A stretch of 64,000 nucleotides of DNA, from positions 1,024,001 to 1,088,000 of the forward strand of contig OZ241981.1 of assembly GCA_965204345.1 (NCBI GenBank), in the 5' to 3' direction. Both the position numbers and the translations under genes were made by a program. This document shows positions 30,341 to 40,386 of the stretch, in pieces (within the stretch, counting starts at the first letter, position 1; every line of letters begins with the position of its first letter). This stretch comes from Nitrosopumilus sp. (lineage in GTDB: Archaea; Thermoproteota; Nitrososphaeria; Nitrososphaerales; Nitrosopumilaceae). The notes under the pieces are model-generated. The model was not told where the DNA came from and searched no databases. It saw only the letters and a list, made by a program, of their open reading frames with translations.

Positions 30341-31606
30341 TTAGATTTGCTCAAGCAGCTCTTTGGCCCTCTCAAGTGAGATGTTCTTTTCTTCAATCAT
30401 TTTTTGAACGATTTGATCTATTTGATCAGGTGTGGCACCATCACCGGCAGCTGCTGCGGCCAGGTTTCTTGCATGAAGGCGCATGTGTCCTTTTTGTATT
30501 CCTTCAGTTGAAAGGGCCCTGATTGCACTGTAGTTTTGGGCCAGCCCGGTGGCTGCCATGACACATGCAAGTTCTTGTGCAGAACCGACCCCCAAAATTT
30601 TGGCACATACCTTTGCCACAGGATGGACGTTTGCAATCCCGCCAACAATGCCAACAGAAAGAGGAATCTCCAAGGTTCCAACCAGATCTCCATTACCATC
30701 CTTGCTCCATCTGCTTAGGGAACGGTATCTTCCGGATTGTGCAGCATATGCATTTGCTGCAGCCTCAATAGCCCTGCTGTCCTGACCGACGGCATTTGCA
30801 ACAGCTATGGTTCCATTCATGATACCCTTGTTATGAGTCACTGCCCTGTACACGTCATTGTCTGCAAATTCAAACGCAGAGACAATATTATCAACTACAT
30901 CCTCACCCCCCACGGCCTCTTTTTCAAACACAGCTCTTGCCTTTGCCATTCTTCTGGTGGAATAGTTTGAGAGTATGCGCAGCAGTGCTCGCCCGCCGGT
31001 AATCTTTTCAATTAGCGGAGAGACTGCCTCACACATGGTATTAGTTACGTTTGCACCCATTGCATCGCCTACATCAATTAGCAGTTCGACAATCAGCATT
31101 GTCCCGGACGGGGCATTGATTTCTTTGCAGGAAACTTTTTTGGCGCCCTTGCCCATCTTTGATAGTGTGTTGCTTTTGGAATTTGCCAGCTGTAGAATGT
31201 CATTTGCGGAATTTTTTATCTGTGAAATTGCCAAGGATGAGTCAGCGTCTAGAATCTGTATTTGGCCAATGCTAAAGGACTCATCGGCTGTTGCCTCAAA
31301 GCCGCCCTTGATTCGTGCTATCTTTGCTCCCTTGGATGCAGCAGCTATTACAGAGGGCTCCTCAATTACCATCGGAACCACATAGTCCTTTCCGTTGATT
31401 CTAAAGTTGGTGGCAACTCCCAGTGGAAGTGAAAATGTTCCAATGGCATTCTCTACCATCCTGTCAGCTTTTTCAAAGGAGATTCCGCCATTATCGCCCT
31501 GTAAAATCTTTAGTTCTTCAGGCGTAAGGCTTGCAAAGTCTGCGACAATGTCTAGCCTCTCCTTTCTGGACTTTTCAAAAAACTTTGAAACTGATGAATC
31601 AGGCAT
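30341..31606 (-). CDS. mvaA: class II HMG-CoA reductase
   Basis: EEPSVIAAAS, DAMGAN, HNKGIMNG, GIQKGHMRLH. Confidence 0.95.
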   Translation of the reverse strand: MPDSSVSKFFEKSRKERLDIVADFASLTPEELKILQGDNGGISFEKADRMVENAIGTFSLPLGVATNFRINGKDYVVPMVIEEPSVIAAASKGAKIARIKGGFEATADESFSIGQIQILDADSSLAISQIKNSANDILQLANSKSNTLSKMGKGAKKVSCKEINAPSGTMLIVELLIDVGDAMGANVTNTMCEAVSPLIEKITGGRALLRILSNYSTRRMAKARAVFEKEAVGGEDVVDNIVSAFEFADNDVYRAVTHNKGIMNGTIAVANAVGQDSRAIEAAANAYAAQSGRYRSLSRWSKDGNGDLVGTLEIPLSVGIVGGIANVHPVAKVCAKILGVGSAQELACVMAATGLAQNYSAIRALSTEGIQKGHMRLHARNLAAAAAGDGATPDQIDQIVQKMIEEKNISLERAKELLEQI

Positions 31607-31607
31607 T

Positions 31608-32699
31608 TTATTTTAATATCCTCAACAGTTTATCATCCATGCTGTCTGGAAAACCTTTTCCATCCGTATTTGAAGTAATTACATAAAGGCTGCCGTCCTG
31701 GCCTTCTGCCACATCCCTGACCCTGCCTATGCCACTGAGTATTGACTTTTGGGAGCTTAGGCCCTCATCAAAGTCTAATTGGTATAGGTTGGCAGCCCGC
31801 AGAGAGGCCATAATAAATGAGGACTCAAAATCCAGAGAGTCCCCCGAGTAGTGTAGGATACCGCCAGGTTCAATACTTGGATCATAGCAAAGAATGGCCC
31901 CTTCAAAATTCTCATCTCCGGAACATTGCTGTTCAGGCCATCCATAGTTCTTACCTGCTTGAACTAGGTTGATCTCATCGTTTTTTTCTGGTCCAAACTC
32001 TGCCACAAACATGTTTTGATTGGCATCCCAAGTCATTCCCTGAGGGTTTCGGTGTCCTAGCGAATAAACCGGGGAATCAGAAAAAGGATTGTCCTCAGGG
32101 ATGGTGCCATCATCGTTTAGTCTTAAGATTTTTCCTGACAGGGACTCAAGATCCTGTGGAAGATGAGATGCATCAGAAACAGTTCCTGTTCCCACGTACA
32201 GCTTGTTATCAGGTCCAAACTTCATAAAGCCTCCATTTGTAAACGAAGATCCGGGGATTTTATCCAAGATTGTCTTGGCATTAACAAGTTTATTATCAGA
32301 TTCGGTAATTTGGAGAATTTTGTTCCACAGCTTGTCATCTTCCTCATAGGTCAAAAACACATACAGTTTATGATTGGCAGAAAAGTTTGGATGCAACGCT
32401 ATTCCCAACAATCCGCCATCAAAGACATCAGCAGTACGTAATGTGGTCAAAGGCGATTCTAACAGTGTGCTGTTTTGTATGACCCTGATTTTTCCATCTT
32501 TTTCAGTTACAAAGATTCGATCATCGGATATGGCAATGGCACGAGGCTTGTTGAGATTCTCAGCCAGTACAGTTACAAAAGCATTCTCAGGAGTCGAGTT
32601 TGGTTCAGGCAAGGGTATGGGATCATCAGGAGACGTCAAGACCAATACAGAAAATGCAATGGCGACAACAATTGCGCCAATCTGGATTCTTTTATCCAT
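31608..32699 (-). CDS. PQQ-dependent sugar (glucose/sorbosone) dehydrogenase-like protein
   Basis: GLLGIALHP, GKILRL, GHRNPQG, GKNYGWP. Confidence 0.88.
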   Translation of the reverse strand: MDKRIQIGAIVVAIAFSVLVLTSPDDPIPLPEPNSTPENAFVTVLAENLNKPRAIAISDDRIFVTEKDGKIRVIQNSTLLESPLTTLRTADVFDGGLLGIALHPNFSANHKLYVFLTYEEDDKLWNKILQITESDNKLVNAKTILDKIPGSSFTNGGFMKFGPDNKLYVGTGTVSDASHLPQDLESLSGKILRLNDDGTIPEDNPFSDSPVYSLGHRNPQGMTWDANQNMFVAEFGPEKNDEINLVQAGKNYGWPEQQCSGDENFEGAILCYDPSIEPGGILHYSGDSLDFESSFIMASLRAANLYQLDFDEGLSSQKSILSGIGRVRDVAEGQDGSLYVITSNTDGKGFPDSMDDKLLRILK

Positions 32700-32780
32700 G
32701 AAGAGAAATCTTTTGAAATCCTATTAATTACTTTCAAAGATTAGATAAAGCGTATATACCGCACAACTTCATTTATCTTC

Positions 32781-32855
32781 AGCGGGGTGGGGAAGCCAGG
32801 TCATCCCGGCGGGCTCATAACCCGCAGTTCAGTAGTTCAAATCTACTCCCCGCTA
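32781..32855 (+). tRNA. initiator tRNA-Met (CAT)
   Basis: AGCGGGG/CCCCGCT acceptor with A1-U72, GCGGG-CTCATAA-CCCGC anticodon arm, GTTCAAATC T-loop. Confidence 0.95.
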
Positions 32856-32862
32856 CTACCAG

Positions 32863-34203
32863 TTAATTTCTGTAAACGCAAAACCATGAAAGCGACGCAT
32901 CAAATTTTGAGGAGTCGTTTTTTGCACCAATTCGTTGCAAGGGTCTTGTAAGATGCCTGTGTGCGGAGATTTTTGGAAGATAAAGCTGCCTTTTGATCTT
33001 TCTTGAAATTTCAACAGGTATTTTTTTGGAGGCCTTTTTTCCACATCGAATACACTCAAATCCCTGATTGAGGCCTTTTGATTTCATTTTTTTGCTACAT
33101 TTTTTGCATGCAGGATTGGATGCAGTAATGTCCTTTGCAAGAGAAACAACGTCAATAAATTCCAGATTGATAGTCCTAGGATAATTTTTGGAGGCCTTTC
33201 GAACTCCGCCGCCCACGGATATCTTATCTCCCCTTAGCAGATTTGAGGCGATGTGAGTCATTCCGGTAGGTTTGTAGACAGCACACCAGAATTCATGATT
33301 GTTTGAAATGATTTTAAAGGATACATGCCCTCCCTTTGTGATTTTTGGGACGTTGCATACAACACCAGCAAGTCTTCCAGAAGCATAAGGCTTGATATTT
33401 TCAAAAGTTAGCTCGTTTTTCAAATGATCACCGGTTCCTTGATTTGATTTGAAGATCATATAACCATCAAGTTTTTCAGGAGTCTTTAGGATTTTAGTGG
33501 CATGAACTAGCGAGTCTACGTTTTCGCCCCTAACTCCATAGAAGACAGGATCAGGTCCATGAGGAGTAATCAAAACTCGGCCTTTTTTGGTATCAAAGCT
33601 ATTAAAGGTATCAGGAAAAGTTTTCTCTTGCATATCTTTTACGCTTTGAGCAGAAATTTTTCTTTCCTTTCCAAATTTTGGCTTTTTGCGATAGCTCAAA
33701 AGCTCCAAAGTATGATCATTAAAATCATAACCCATAGCGCCGATTGCGCCAACTAGTCCTTGTCCATTTCCTTGATAGTAAACTTCGAGATTATTTTTTT
33801 TGGCAAACTTTTTTGCTGTGTTACGACTGATTAGTTGCCATAAGGCTAGTTTGCTAAAACTAGTAAAGTCTGGCGGAATCAAGCTGCTTTGAAAGAATAC
33901 TAGCCCGGGGTTTGCGCCATTTTTAGTATCAGAATATTTTGAAACATAGTCTTTGATTTGGCTTTTTATTTTTGTGGGATTTTTTGTTTTGATTTTCATG
34001 GAAACGGCCCCGTTTCCTCTGGTTTTCCACGGAATGTTAGGATTAAATCGGATTAGCCTGGGAAAATCTAAAAATTCTGCATGTTGCTTTTGTAGTAAAT
34101 CGACTATTTTGTAAGCCAGAAAAGTCGTACACATTCCCTTAGGCGAATCAGTATCATCAAAGCCAACATGAAGAACAGTCTCTTTTTCCACAGATTTCCT
34201 CAC
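32863..34203 (-). CDS. tiaS: tRNA(Ile2) agmatinylcytidine synthetase
   Basis: DDTDSPKGMCTT, NPNIPWKTRGNGA, C-terminal zinc ribbon, RHLTRP. Confidence 0.93.
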   Translation of the reverse strand: MRKSVEKETVLHVGFDDTDSPKGMCTTFLAYKIVDLLQKQHAEFLDFPRLIRFNPNIPWKTRGNGAVSMKIKTKNPTKIKSQIKDYVSKYSDTKNGANPGLVFFQSSLIPPDFTSFSKLALWQLISRNTAKKFAKKNNLEVYYQGNGQGLVGAIGAMGYDFNDHTLELLSYRKKPKFGKERKISAQSVKDMQEKTFPDTFNSFDTKKGRVLITPHGPDPVFYGVRGENVDSLVHATKILKTPEKLDGYMIFKSNQGTGDHLKNELTFENIKPYASGRLAGVVCNVPKITKGGHVSFKIISNNHEFWCAVYKPTGMTHIASNLLRGDKISVGGGVRKASKNYPRTINLEFIDVVSLAKDITASNPACKKCSKKMKSKGLNQGFECIRCGKKASKKIPVEISRKIKRQLYLPKISAHRHLTRPLQRIGAKNDSSKFDASLSWFCVYRN

Positions 34204-34254
34204 CAGCTAAGACATTTTTAGTTGTTGAGGCTACAGTTGGTTTAAATTAATAAT

Positions 34255-35268
34255 ATGATATTCCAAGCTGAATTGATCATAGTAGACAATGAAAGGATTT
34301 TCAAGGAAATCGAGGAAAAAAACCCTGCATCAGTTTCATTAAACGGACCTGACGGGATACTGCCGCAAGTTCAAGAGACTGCAATGAAGATTACAAAAAA
34401 GTTTGGAATTCCCGCATATGTTCTAGCCGATACAACTTGGGGAACATGCGATCTCAATGTCAACGGTGCAAAGGTTTTGGGCTCTGAAATTCAATTTAAC
34501 ATCGGACACACAATCAATACAGAATCACTAGAAAAAAATTTGGTGTTAATTGATGCATTTGATGATGTTGAGTTTGATAGTGTTGCAAAAAAATGCACAG
34601 AGATCCTAAGGGGAAAAATCATCTCATTGGTTACAGACAGCCAGCATTTGCATCAAGTCGACAAAGTAGAAAAGATACTAGCCCAAGGCGGAATTAAAGT
34701 CAGAATCGGAAAAGGCAGGGGGCAGCTAAATGACGGACAGGTTTTTGGTTGTGAGTTTTACCCTGCATCGGAATTAAAAAAAGAGGTTGACGCGTATGTC
34801 TTTTTGGGACAGAGTAACTTTCATGCAGCAGGAATTGCACTGTCAACTAATTTGCCAACATATGTTTTGGATCCATACTTTAACGAAGTCAGGGAAGTTA
34901 CAGAATTTGCCCAGAAACTAAAAAAGAAAGCCACTCTTGCAATATACAAGGCAGCTGAGGCACAGTCGTTTGGCGTAATTGTGGGGTTAAAAGAAGGTCA
35001 GCTATCCAAAGTCTTTGCATTAAAGATCAAAAAAGAGTTGGAATCAGAAGGCAAGGATGTTCAGTTGTTTGCATTAACTGACATTACAAATGACAGACTG
35101 AGAAATTTGAAAGGGATAGATGCGTTTATCCAAGTGGCATGCCCAAGAATTTCTACAGACAACCAGTTTGACAAGCCTGTTTTGTCCACTCCACAAGCAA
35201 ATGCCCTCTTGAAAATTTTAAGAAAAGAGAGTATTGATGAATACTTGGAAATTCCGCACTGGTTATAG
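34255..35268 (+). CDS. dph2: diphthamide biosynthesis enzyme
   Basis: WGTCD, GQVFGC, ACPRI Fe-S cysteines. Confidence 0.92.
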   Translation: MIFQAELIIVDNERIFKEIEEKNPASVSLNGPDGILPQVQETAMKITKKFGIPAYVLADTTWGTCDLNVNGAKVLGSEIQFNIGHTINTESLEKNLVLIDAFDDVEFDSVAKKCTEILRGKIISLVTDSQHLHQVDKVEKILAQGGIKVRIGKGRGQLNDGQVFGCEFYPASELKKEVDAYVFLGQSNFHAAGIALSTNLPTYVLDPYFNEVREVTEFAQKLKKKATLAIYKAAEAQSFGVIVGLKEGQLSKVFALKIKKELESEGKDVQLFALTDITNDRLRNLKGIDAFIQVACPRISTDNQFDKPVLSTPQANALLKILRKESIDEYLEIPHWL

Positions 35269-35270
35269 CG

Positions 35271-35897
35271 TTACAGCACTAGATTTTGAAATCTAGAGTT
35301 GTTGGAGAATTTTTCAAATAGTTTTGATTTTTTTGCCTTAGTTTTGTATTGCATGCCCTGAGAAATGGCATGCTCCAACAAATCCAGAGCCTCATCGTAC
35401 TGGGATAGCATTACAAGGCAGCAGGATTTGTCAAACAACACATCTCCATTATCAGGATAATCATTCAATATTTCATTGCAGCATAAAACGGATTCTTTAA
35501 AACTGCCCATAGAAAACAAAATTCTTTCCTTATGATATAGGGCAATATTGTATCTTGGGTTATCACTTAGAATCGCATCACAAATAGATAGTGCCTCCTC
35601 GTTGAGTGTGCCCCGCTTACGAAATGACGAGATTTTATTAACTAGTACAGATGTGTCGCCTGGAGAAATAGCCAATGCCGCATCATAGCACTTTATCGCG
35701 CCATCAAAATCTTTTAGTTTGCTCAGCGCATATCCCTTGTTGTTAAGGGAGCTAAGATGTTTAGGGTTTTCATTTAAGATCTTATCATAATAACGGACTG
35801 CTTGCTGGAATTTTCCCTGTAGGAACAGCCTGTTTGCCTCATCCAAAATAGAATTTGTTTTAGAATGAACGTCATTATCAGGATTCATATCAGTCAA
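35271..35897 (-). CDS. tetratricopeptide repeat protein
   Basis: multiple TPR motifs. Confidence 0.88.
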   Translation of the reverse strand: MTDMNPDNDVHSKTNSILDEANRLFLQGKFQQAVRYYDKILNENPKHLSSLNNKGYALSKLKDFDGAIKCYDAALAISPGDTSVLVNKISSFRKRGTLNEEALSICDAILSDNPRYNIALYHKERILFSMGSFKESVLCCNEILNDYPDNGDVLFDKSCCLVMLSQYDEALDLLEHAISQGMQYKTKAKKSKLFEKFSNNSRFQNLVL

Positions 35898-36981
35898 GAC
35901 CTGGTTTGATCAGGATTTTTCCAAACATGCCCTTTCCAGTCAACATCTTCGTATGAGCCTTGGGGGCATCTTCCAAGGAATATACAGAATCAATGACTGA
36001 CCTTATTTTTCCCTTTGACATCCAATACAGGCCTTCTTCTAATTCAGCCCTTGTGCCCTGCGTGGAACCCAGAATGTTTATGCCCTTAAAGAAAATATGG
36101 CGCAGATCAGTTTTAGCATCATAACCTGTTGTTGCACCGGTTGTAATAATAGTCCCACCATAATTTAGCAGAGTCAATTCCTTGTTCCAATGAGAACCTC
36201 CAATATGTTCAAAAATCACATTTACGCCGGTGGCATCACCAAACGGTCTTGGGATTTTCTTTGCAATTGATCTTACTTTTTTGTGCCAATCTTCCCTTCT
36301 GTGATCTACTGCAAAATCAGCCCCAAGGTCTAATAATTTGTCTAGTTTGTCAGGACTTGCAGTTGCTATAACGGTACATCCAAAAAGCTTGGCAATTTGA
36401 ATTCCATAGTTTCCTACTCCAGAACTGCCACCCATGATCAAGACTATTTGACCGGGCTGAATTTTTGCCCTGCCAACTAACATATGCCAGGAAGTCAGCA
36501 GAGTCATTGATGCTGCCGCAGCCTGATCATATGAGAGGCCCTCTGGAATTTTTACAACGTTAACTTCTGGAAGATGTGTAAATTCACAATAGCCTCCCCA
36601 TAGCGGACCGGTTTGAAAACCCCAAATGGTTCGCCTCCTACAATCAAATTCCCTTCCATCAGTGCACGCTTTGCAAACCCTGCAAGACATGTTTCCATGT
36701 GAAACCACTCTGTCTCCAACCTTGATATTTTTGACATCGCTGCCAACTGCAGTTACTACACCTGCAGCGTCCGTTCCAGAAATATGTGGCAGGGGGATTG
36801 CCAAGGGTTTTCCTCGCATTCCCCAAATATCATCATAATTCAGAGCAGCTGCCTTTACTTTGAATACAACTTCGTTTGATTTTGGCTGGGGGATTGGGAT
36901 ATCCTTGACCTGTAGGATTTTAGAAAAATTATCATCTGTGGTATATTCGTCATAGACTAGTGCCCTCATGATTTTTATCAA
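35890..36981 (-). CDS. zinc-binding medium-chain dehydrogenase/reductase
   Basis: CRVCKAC...C structural Zn site, GGSSGVG Rossmann motif. Confidence 0.9.
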   Translation of the reverse strand: MIKIMRALVYDEYTTDDNFSKILQVKDIPIPQPKSNEVVFKVKAAALNYDDIWGMRGKPLAIPLPHISGTDAAGVVTAVGSDVKNIKVGDRVVSHGNMSCRVCKACTDGREFDCRRRTIWGFQTGPLWGGYCEFTHLPEVNVVKIPEGLSYDQAAAASMTLLTSWHMLVGRAKIQPGQIVLIMGGSSGVGNYGIQIAKLFGCTVIATASPDKLDKLLDLGADFAVDHRREDWHKKVRSIAKKIPRPFGDATGVNVIFEHIGGSHWNKELTLLNYGGTIITTGATTGYDAKTDLRHIFFKGINILGSTQGTRAELEEGLYWMSKGKIRSVIDSVYSLEDAPKAHTKMLTGKGMFGKILIKPGLD

Positions 36982-37364
36982 ATTTTTAAAGATATATGAT
37001 TTGTTGGGCTCTTAGGGTATACACAGAAAGATGGAGTATTATTAGCATATTTGGAACATGTCCAATCAAGGCTCCTTTTTGAGCTGTATTTACCATATAT
37101 CCATTGTCTCAAAATATGTCACAATTTCACAAATAACTTACAGGTATTTTTTGTTAGATTTGATATAATATTTCATAAGCCATTTTAGGAAATGAATTTC
37201 ATCGTTGTTGTTTAAGTGAGATTTTTCGATTCTGTTGCGTTCATGAGGGATAGACACTAGAGCTAAATTTGGTTTAGCCTGGTTTTTCACATATCAGTAA
37301 TGATTCCCGGCAGTAATAGATTTACACAATCTTAAACATTAACGTACCCTTTCTTTGTTCCAGT

Positions 37365-38011
37365 AAGGCAAGACTGTAAATCATTCTACGATATATCGCT
37401 GGCTGGTCAAATATACTGATATGATATCCAAACACACAGACGCCATAACCCCAATGGTGTCTAACAGATGGAGAACTGATGAACTGCATGCCAAGTTTAG
37501 CGGTATGCTAAAATGGGTCTATACCATGATGGATGATGAAACAAGATTCATGATTGCACAGCAAATATCCGATAAGAAATATACTGAAAACATAAGACCA
37601 ATATTTAGGATGTCAGAAAGGCAGGCAGGCATGATTCCTCATACTTTGATCTCAGATTCAGCCCCAAACTTCCATGATGCATGGAAGGCAGAATGGAGGC
37701 AAAGAAATTCAGACAGAAAATTGACTTCCCATGTTCGTCATACCCACATAGCAAGAGACATGAACAATAACAAGATGGAGCGTCTTAACGGAACCATGAG
37801 GGATTGGGAGACGGTTAGACGTGGACTGAAAAAAGAGGACGGTTCAATGTTCAGGCAATTTAGAATATACTATAACTTTATCAAAAATCACAGTGGCATA
37901 AATGGCAAGATGTCTGCTGAAGAATCCCTGATTTTCGTATCCGGTAATAACAAGCAGCTCACACTAATGCAAAACGCAAGTTTGGAGAGGAGTAGAAATG
38001 TCGGGCTTTAG
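37365..38011 (+). pseudogene. 5'-truncated IS6-like transposase
   Basis: near-identical to the C-terminal half of 3507-4652; lacks SWIM/zinc-ribbon part. Confidence 0.9.
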
Positions 38012-38267
38012 ATGCAGAGTCTGTTTTTTGAACTATGATGATGATGATCAAAAGGCAGATAGTGTGCTGTTCATGGGCATTTTGACTCACATGTGCAAGG
38101 AATGTAAAAGAACAGGCAATACAAAGAGAAACACCATCTGCTGTGAATTTTGTGATGAAAAGCGTGATGATCTCAAAGAGTATGTGGAAGATGATCTCAA
38201 AATATTGCTCTGTGATAGATGCAGAAAAGAAGCCGAGGAACAGAGAAACGATCCCAGGTACTTGTAA
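37998..38267 (+). CDS. Cys-rich passenger protein (copy of 3248-3520)
   Basis: near-identical translation. Confidence 0.7.
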   Translation: MSGFRCRVCFLNYDDDDQKADSVLFMGILTHMCKECKRTGNTKRNTICCEFCDEKRDDLKEYVEDDLKILLCDRCRKEAEEQRNDPRYL

Positions 38268-38390
38268 GCTGGTGTGTTTGCAGGTCTTGATTAAAACTTG
38301 TTCTACCAGACAGATTCGCGCCTATACCTCATGAACGCAACAGAACCTGCAATACCGAACCTTTAAAAAATAGTAATTGATAGTGTTATT

Positions 38391-38450
38391 ACGGTTCCGT
38401 TGGTGTAATGCTAACTATGAGACTTGGAAACAAGAGCTCAGGAATCGCCT
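38391..38450 (-). ncRNA. candidate structured RNA immediately downstream of the DUF3800 gene
   Basis: minus strand CGATTCC...GGAACCG closing stem enclosing a TGAG..CTTG-TTTC-CAAG..CTCA hairpin. Confidence 0.4.
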
Positions 38451-39194
38451 TTAGATTTCAACATTCTCTACTTTGTACGACCCATAATCTAATCGATAAT
38501 ACTTGTCTTTGATTGACAACCATCTAGTTTGAGAGGAATTAGAAGTGGTTTGCTTTATCCATACAGCATATGCAAAAAAATCTGCAAGTTGCAGTATTGG
38601 TGATGTTTTGGGATCTCCATTTTCTACATGACCTCGTATATTATCAAGCTTCTTGTAATGCCTAAACTGCAAAATTTCTTTTAATCCTTTGATGGTTCGT
38701 TCTGTCTTTTTTCTAGCCTTTTTGTTAAATTTCTCATAAATTGCCCTGCCTTCAGCATCATGCTCTTCAAGAAAATCTTGGAATCTCTCCAGCAGTATCA
38801 AGATAGCATATGCTTTGGGGTCTGCTGACATACCATATTTTGTACAGTGACTGTCTAGATTTATTGTAACTGACAAAAGATGACAGTTTGATTTTTTGAT
38901 AAGTTCAAACATATCATTGGCTAGCTGAAATCTTTGAGTGTCTAATAATTTATCATATGGAGGGCGTTTGTTTCTTAATGGATGATAATGAATCTTGAAA
39001 TTTTCAGGTAGTATTGTCTTTGAAAAATATCTGTTACTTATGGAGTTAATTTCATTATTGAGTTTTATTTTTAATATATCATCTACTATGATCCCAGCTA
39101 GAGTGAAAAATTTAGAACTTCCATCTATTACTTTATTATGTTTGTCTAAATAATCCCCTGCATCTCCACTTTCATCAATATACAAGTAATACAC
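38451..39194 (-). CDS. DUF3800 domain protein
   Basis: YIDESG N-terminal motif and LQLADFFAY C-terminal motif. Confidence 0.88.
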   Translation of the reverse strand: MYYLYIDESGDAGDYLDKHNKVIDGSSKFFTLAGIIVDDILKIKLNNEINSISNRYFSKTILPENFKIHYHPLRNKRPPYDKLLDTQRFQLANDMFELIKKSNCHLLSVTINLDSHCTKYGMSADPKAYAILILLERFQDFLEEHDAEGRAIYEKFNKKARKKTERTIKGLKEILQFRHYKKLDNIRGHVENGDPKTSPILQLADFFAYAVWIKQTTSNSSQTRWLSIKDKYYRLDYGSYKVENVEI

Positions 39195-39702
39195 AGTTTC
39201 AAAATATAGTATATGTGATAAAAAAATTGAATGTGTTTACTGTTAACTTGAAGATTTATTATTTTGACAACAAGATTTAATTTTTAAAATTTTGATTTTA
39301 ACATTAACTATTGACTGTGGCGATCAGTCTACTATCAGACACTAGAGAATATTTCATATAACTCCCACATCACTTTTCTCACAATGGTCAGCCATGATTT
39401 TGTAATTCTAGATTATTCTCATATGAGATAATATAGAAATCATACATGTGTAAAGTGTGAGAAATCAGTTATAATTGGTGGCTCTAGTCACTCTCAAAGA
39501 ACAAAACGTTCGAAAAAATCACACCATAAAACATGTTGGGAAGCAATGTACCATTAGTATGAAAAGCCTCTACTGCAAAGCGGTTTTACATGTGTTTTAT
39601 TGCCTGTATTTTGTATTTGAAAACTCAAAAAATGAAATTCTGAAATCTCTTATCATACATCAATTCGAAATTTCTAAATTATGCTAAATATAATGATACA
39701 AA

Positions 39703-40047
39703 ATGGATTTAGATAAAATACAAAAGGTACAAGATCTGATTGACTCAGGCAGGGGAGACATGGGAAGAAATGAATTTATTTTAAATTCACTTCAAAATGG
39801 AAAGAAACTATACAATACAGATATACTGTATCTCAAGATTCAGACTCAAAAGCTAGATGAGAAGATAGTATCACTGCAACCCTCCAAAAAGAAGCCAAAA
39901 AGAGAGCCTGCATTAAGCGATGATGAGATTGACAAAATTTTAGCAGAACATGACAAAAAATATGCACAAAAGAAGAAAATCCCCCAAGAACCAATGCCTA
40001 AAAATACAGTTAGAGCCAAAATAAAGAATTTCTTTTCAAGAAACTAG
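39703..40047 (+). CDS. hypothetical protein
   Basis: 114-aa ORF with clean ATG. Confidence 0.7.
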   Translation: MDLDKIQKVQDLIDSGRGDMGRNEFILNSLQNGKKLYNTDILYLKIQTQKLDEKIVSLQPSKKKPKREPALSDDEIDKILAEHDKKYAQKKKIPQEPMPKNTVRAKIKNFFSRN

Positions 40048-40049
40048 AT

Positions 40050-40156
40050 GTAATGTAATATCAATTTCTTTTTTCTTGTTGTACCCAAACAGTATCATCT
40101 CGTACCGGTGCCGCCACGTAGTAATGTAATATCAATTTCTTTTTTCTTGTTGTACC
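40050..40156. repeat. 36-bp exact duplication flanking a 35-bp GC-richer insert
   Basis: 40050-40085 = 40121-40156; insert 40086-40120. Confidence 0.95.
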
Positions 40157-40347
40157 AGCAATAATCTCTGCCTTGCTTGGTTACCCCTTGGCTTTGTTCT
40201 AAGAGCCATTCCACAACAGGGACAGTTGGTGCCATCCCAATGTATGAAAATTTCACAAGAGGTGCAACGCTTTTGGCCAGATCTGTACCTTGTCTCTCCA
40301 ACCTTTTTTAGTGCTCTATATCTTGTGCAGATTCCACGACAGGGCAT
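40132..40347 (-). CDS. small Cys-rich zinc-binding protein
   Basis: CRGIC, CTSC, CPCC; paralogue pseudogene at 16637-16852. Confidence 0.8.
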   Translation of the reverse strand: MPCRGICTRYRALKKVGETRYRSGQKRCTSCEIFIHWDGTNCPCCGMALRTKPRGNQARQRLLLVQQEKRN

Positions 40348-40386
40348 GTTTTGAATATATGAAAATGATTATTTCTAGTCTTGGAA

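Larger units (their letters stand above)
37228..38347. mobile_element. internally deleted, inverted derivative of the 3168-9426 transposon
   Basis: both TIRs present (37228 GATTCTGTTGCGTTCATGAGGGATAG; ...GAACGCAACAGAACC 38347), res 3'-end remnant ~37275-37308, 5'-truncated tnp and passenger gene. Confidence 0.92.

Noticed and set aside
32781-32855. tRNA-Ile2(CAT), suggested by the adjacent tiaS
   Set aside because: The A1-U72 pair and three G-C pairs closing the anticodon stem mark it as initiator tRNA-Met.
3168-38347. One large composite transposon between the two element copies
   Set aside because: The first copy has its own matching TSD; the flanks of the second copy (GATTTTTC / TGCAATAC) match neither each other nor GACTGTTA.
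40050-40156. Calling this (or 21502-21611) a CRISPR array
   Set aside because: Only two repeats each, the repeats are host or IS coding sequence, the two loci are unrelated and there are no cas genes in the window; reported as scars instead.
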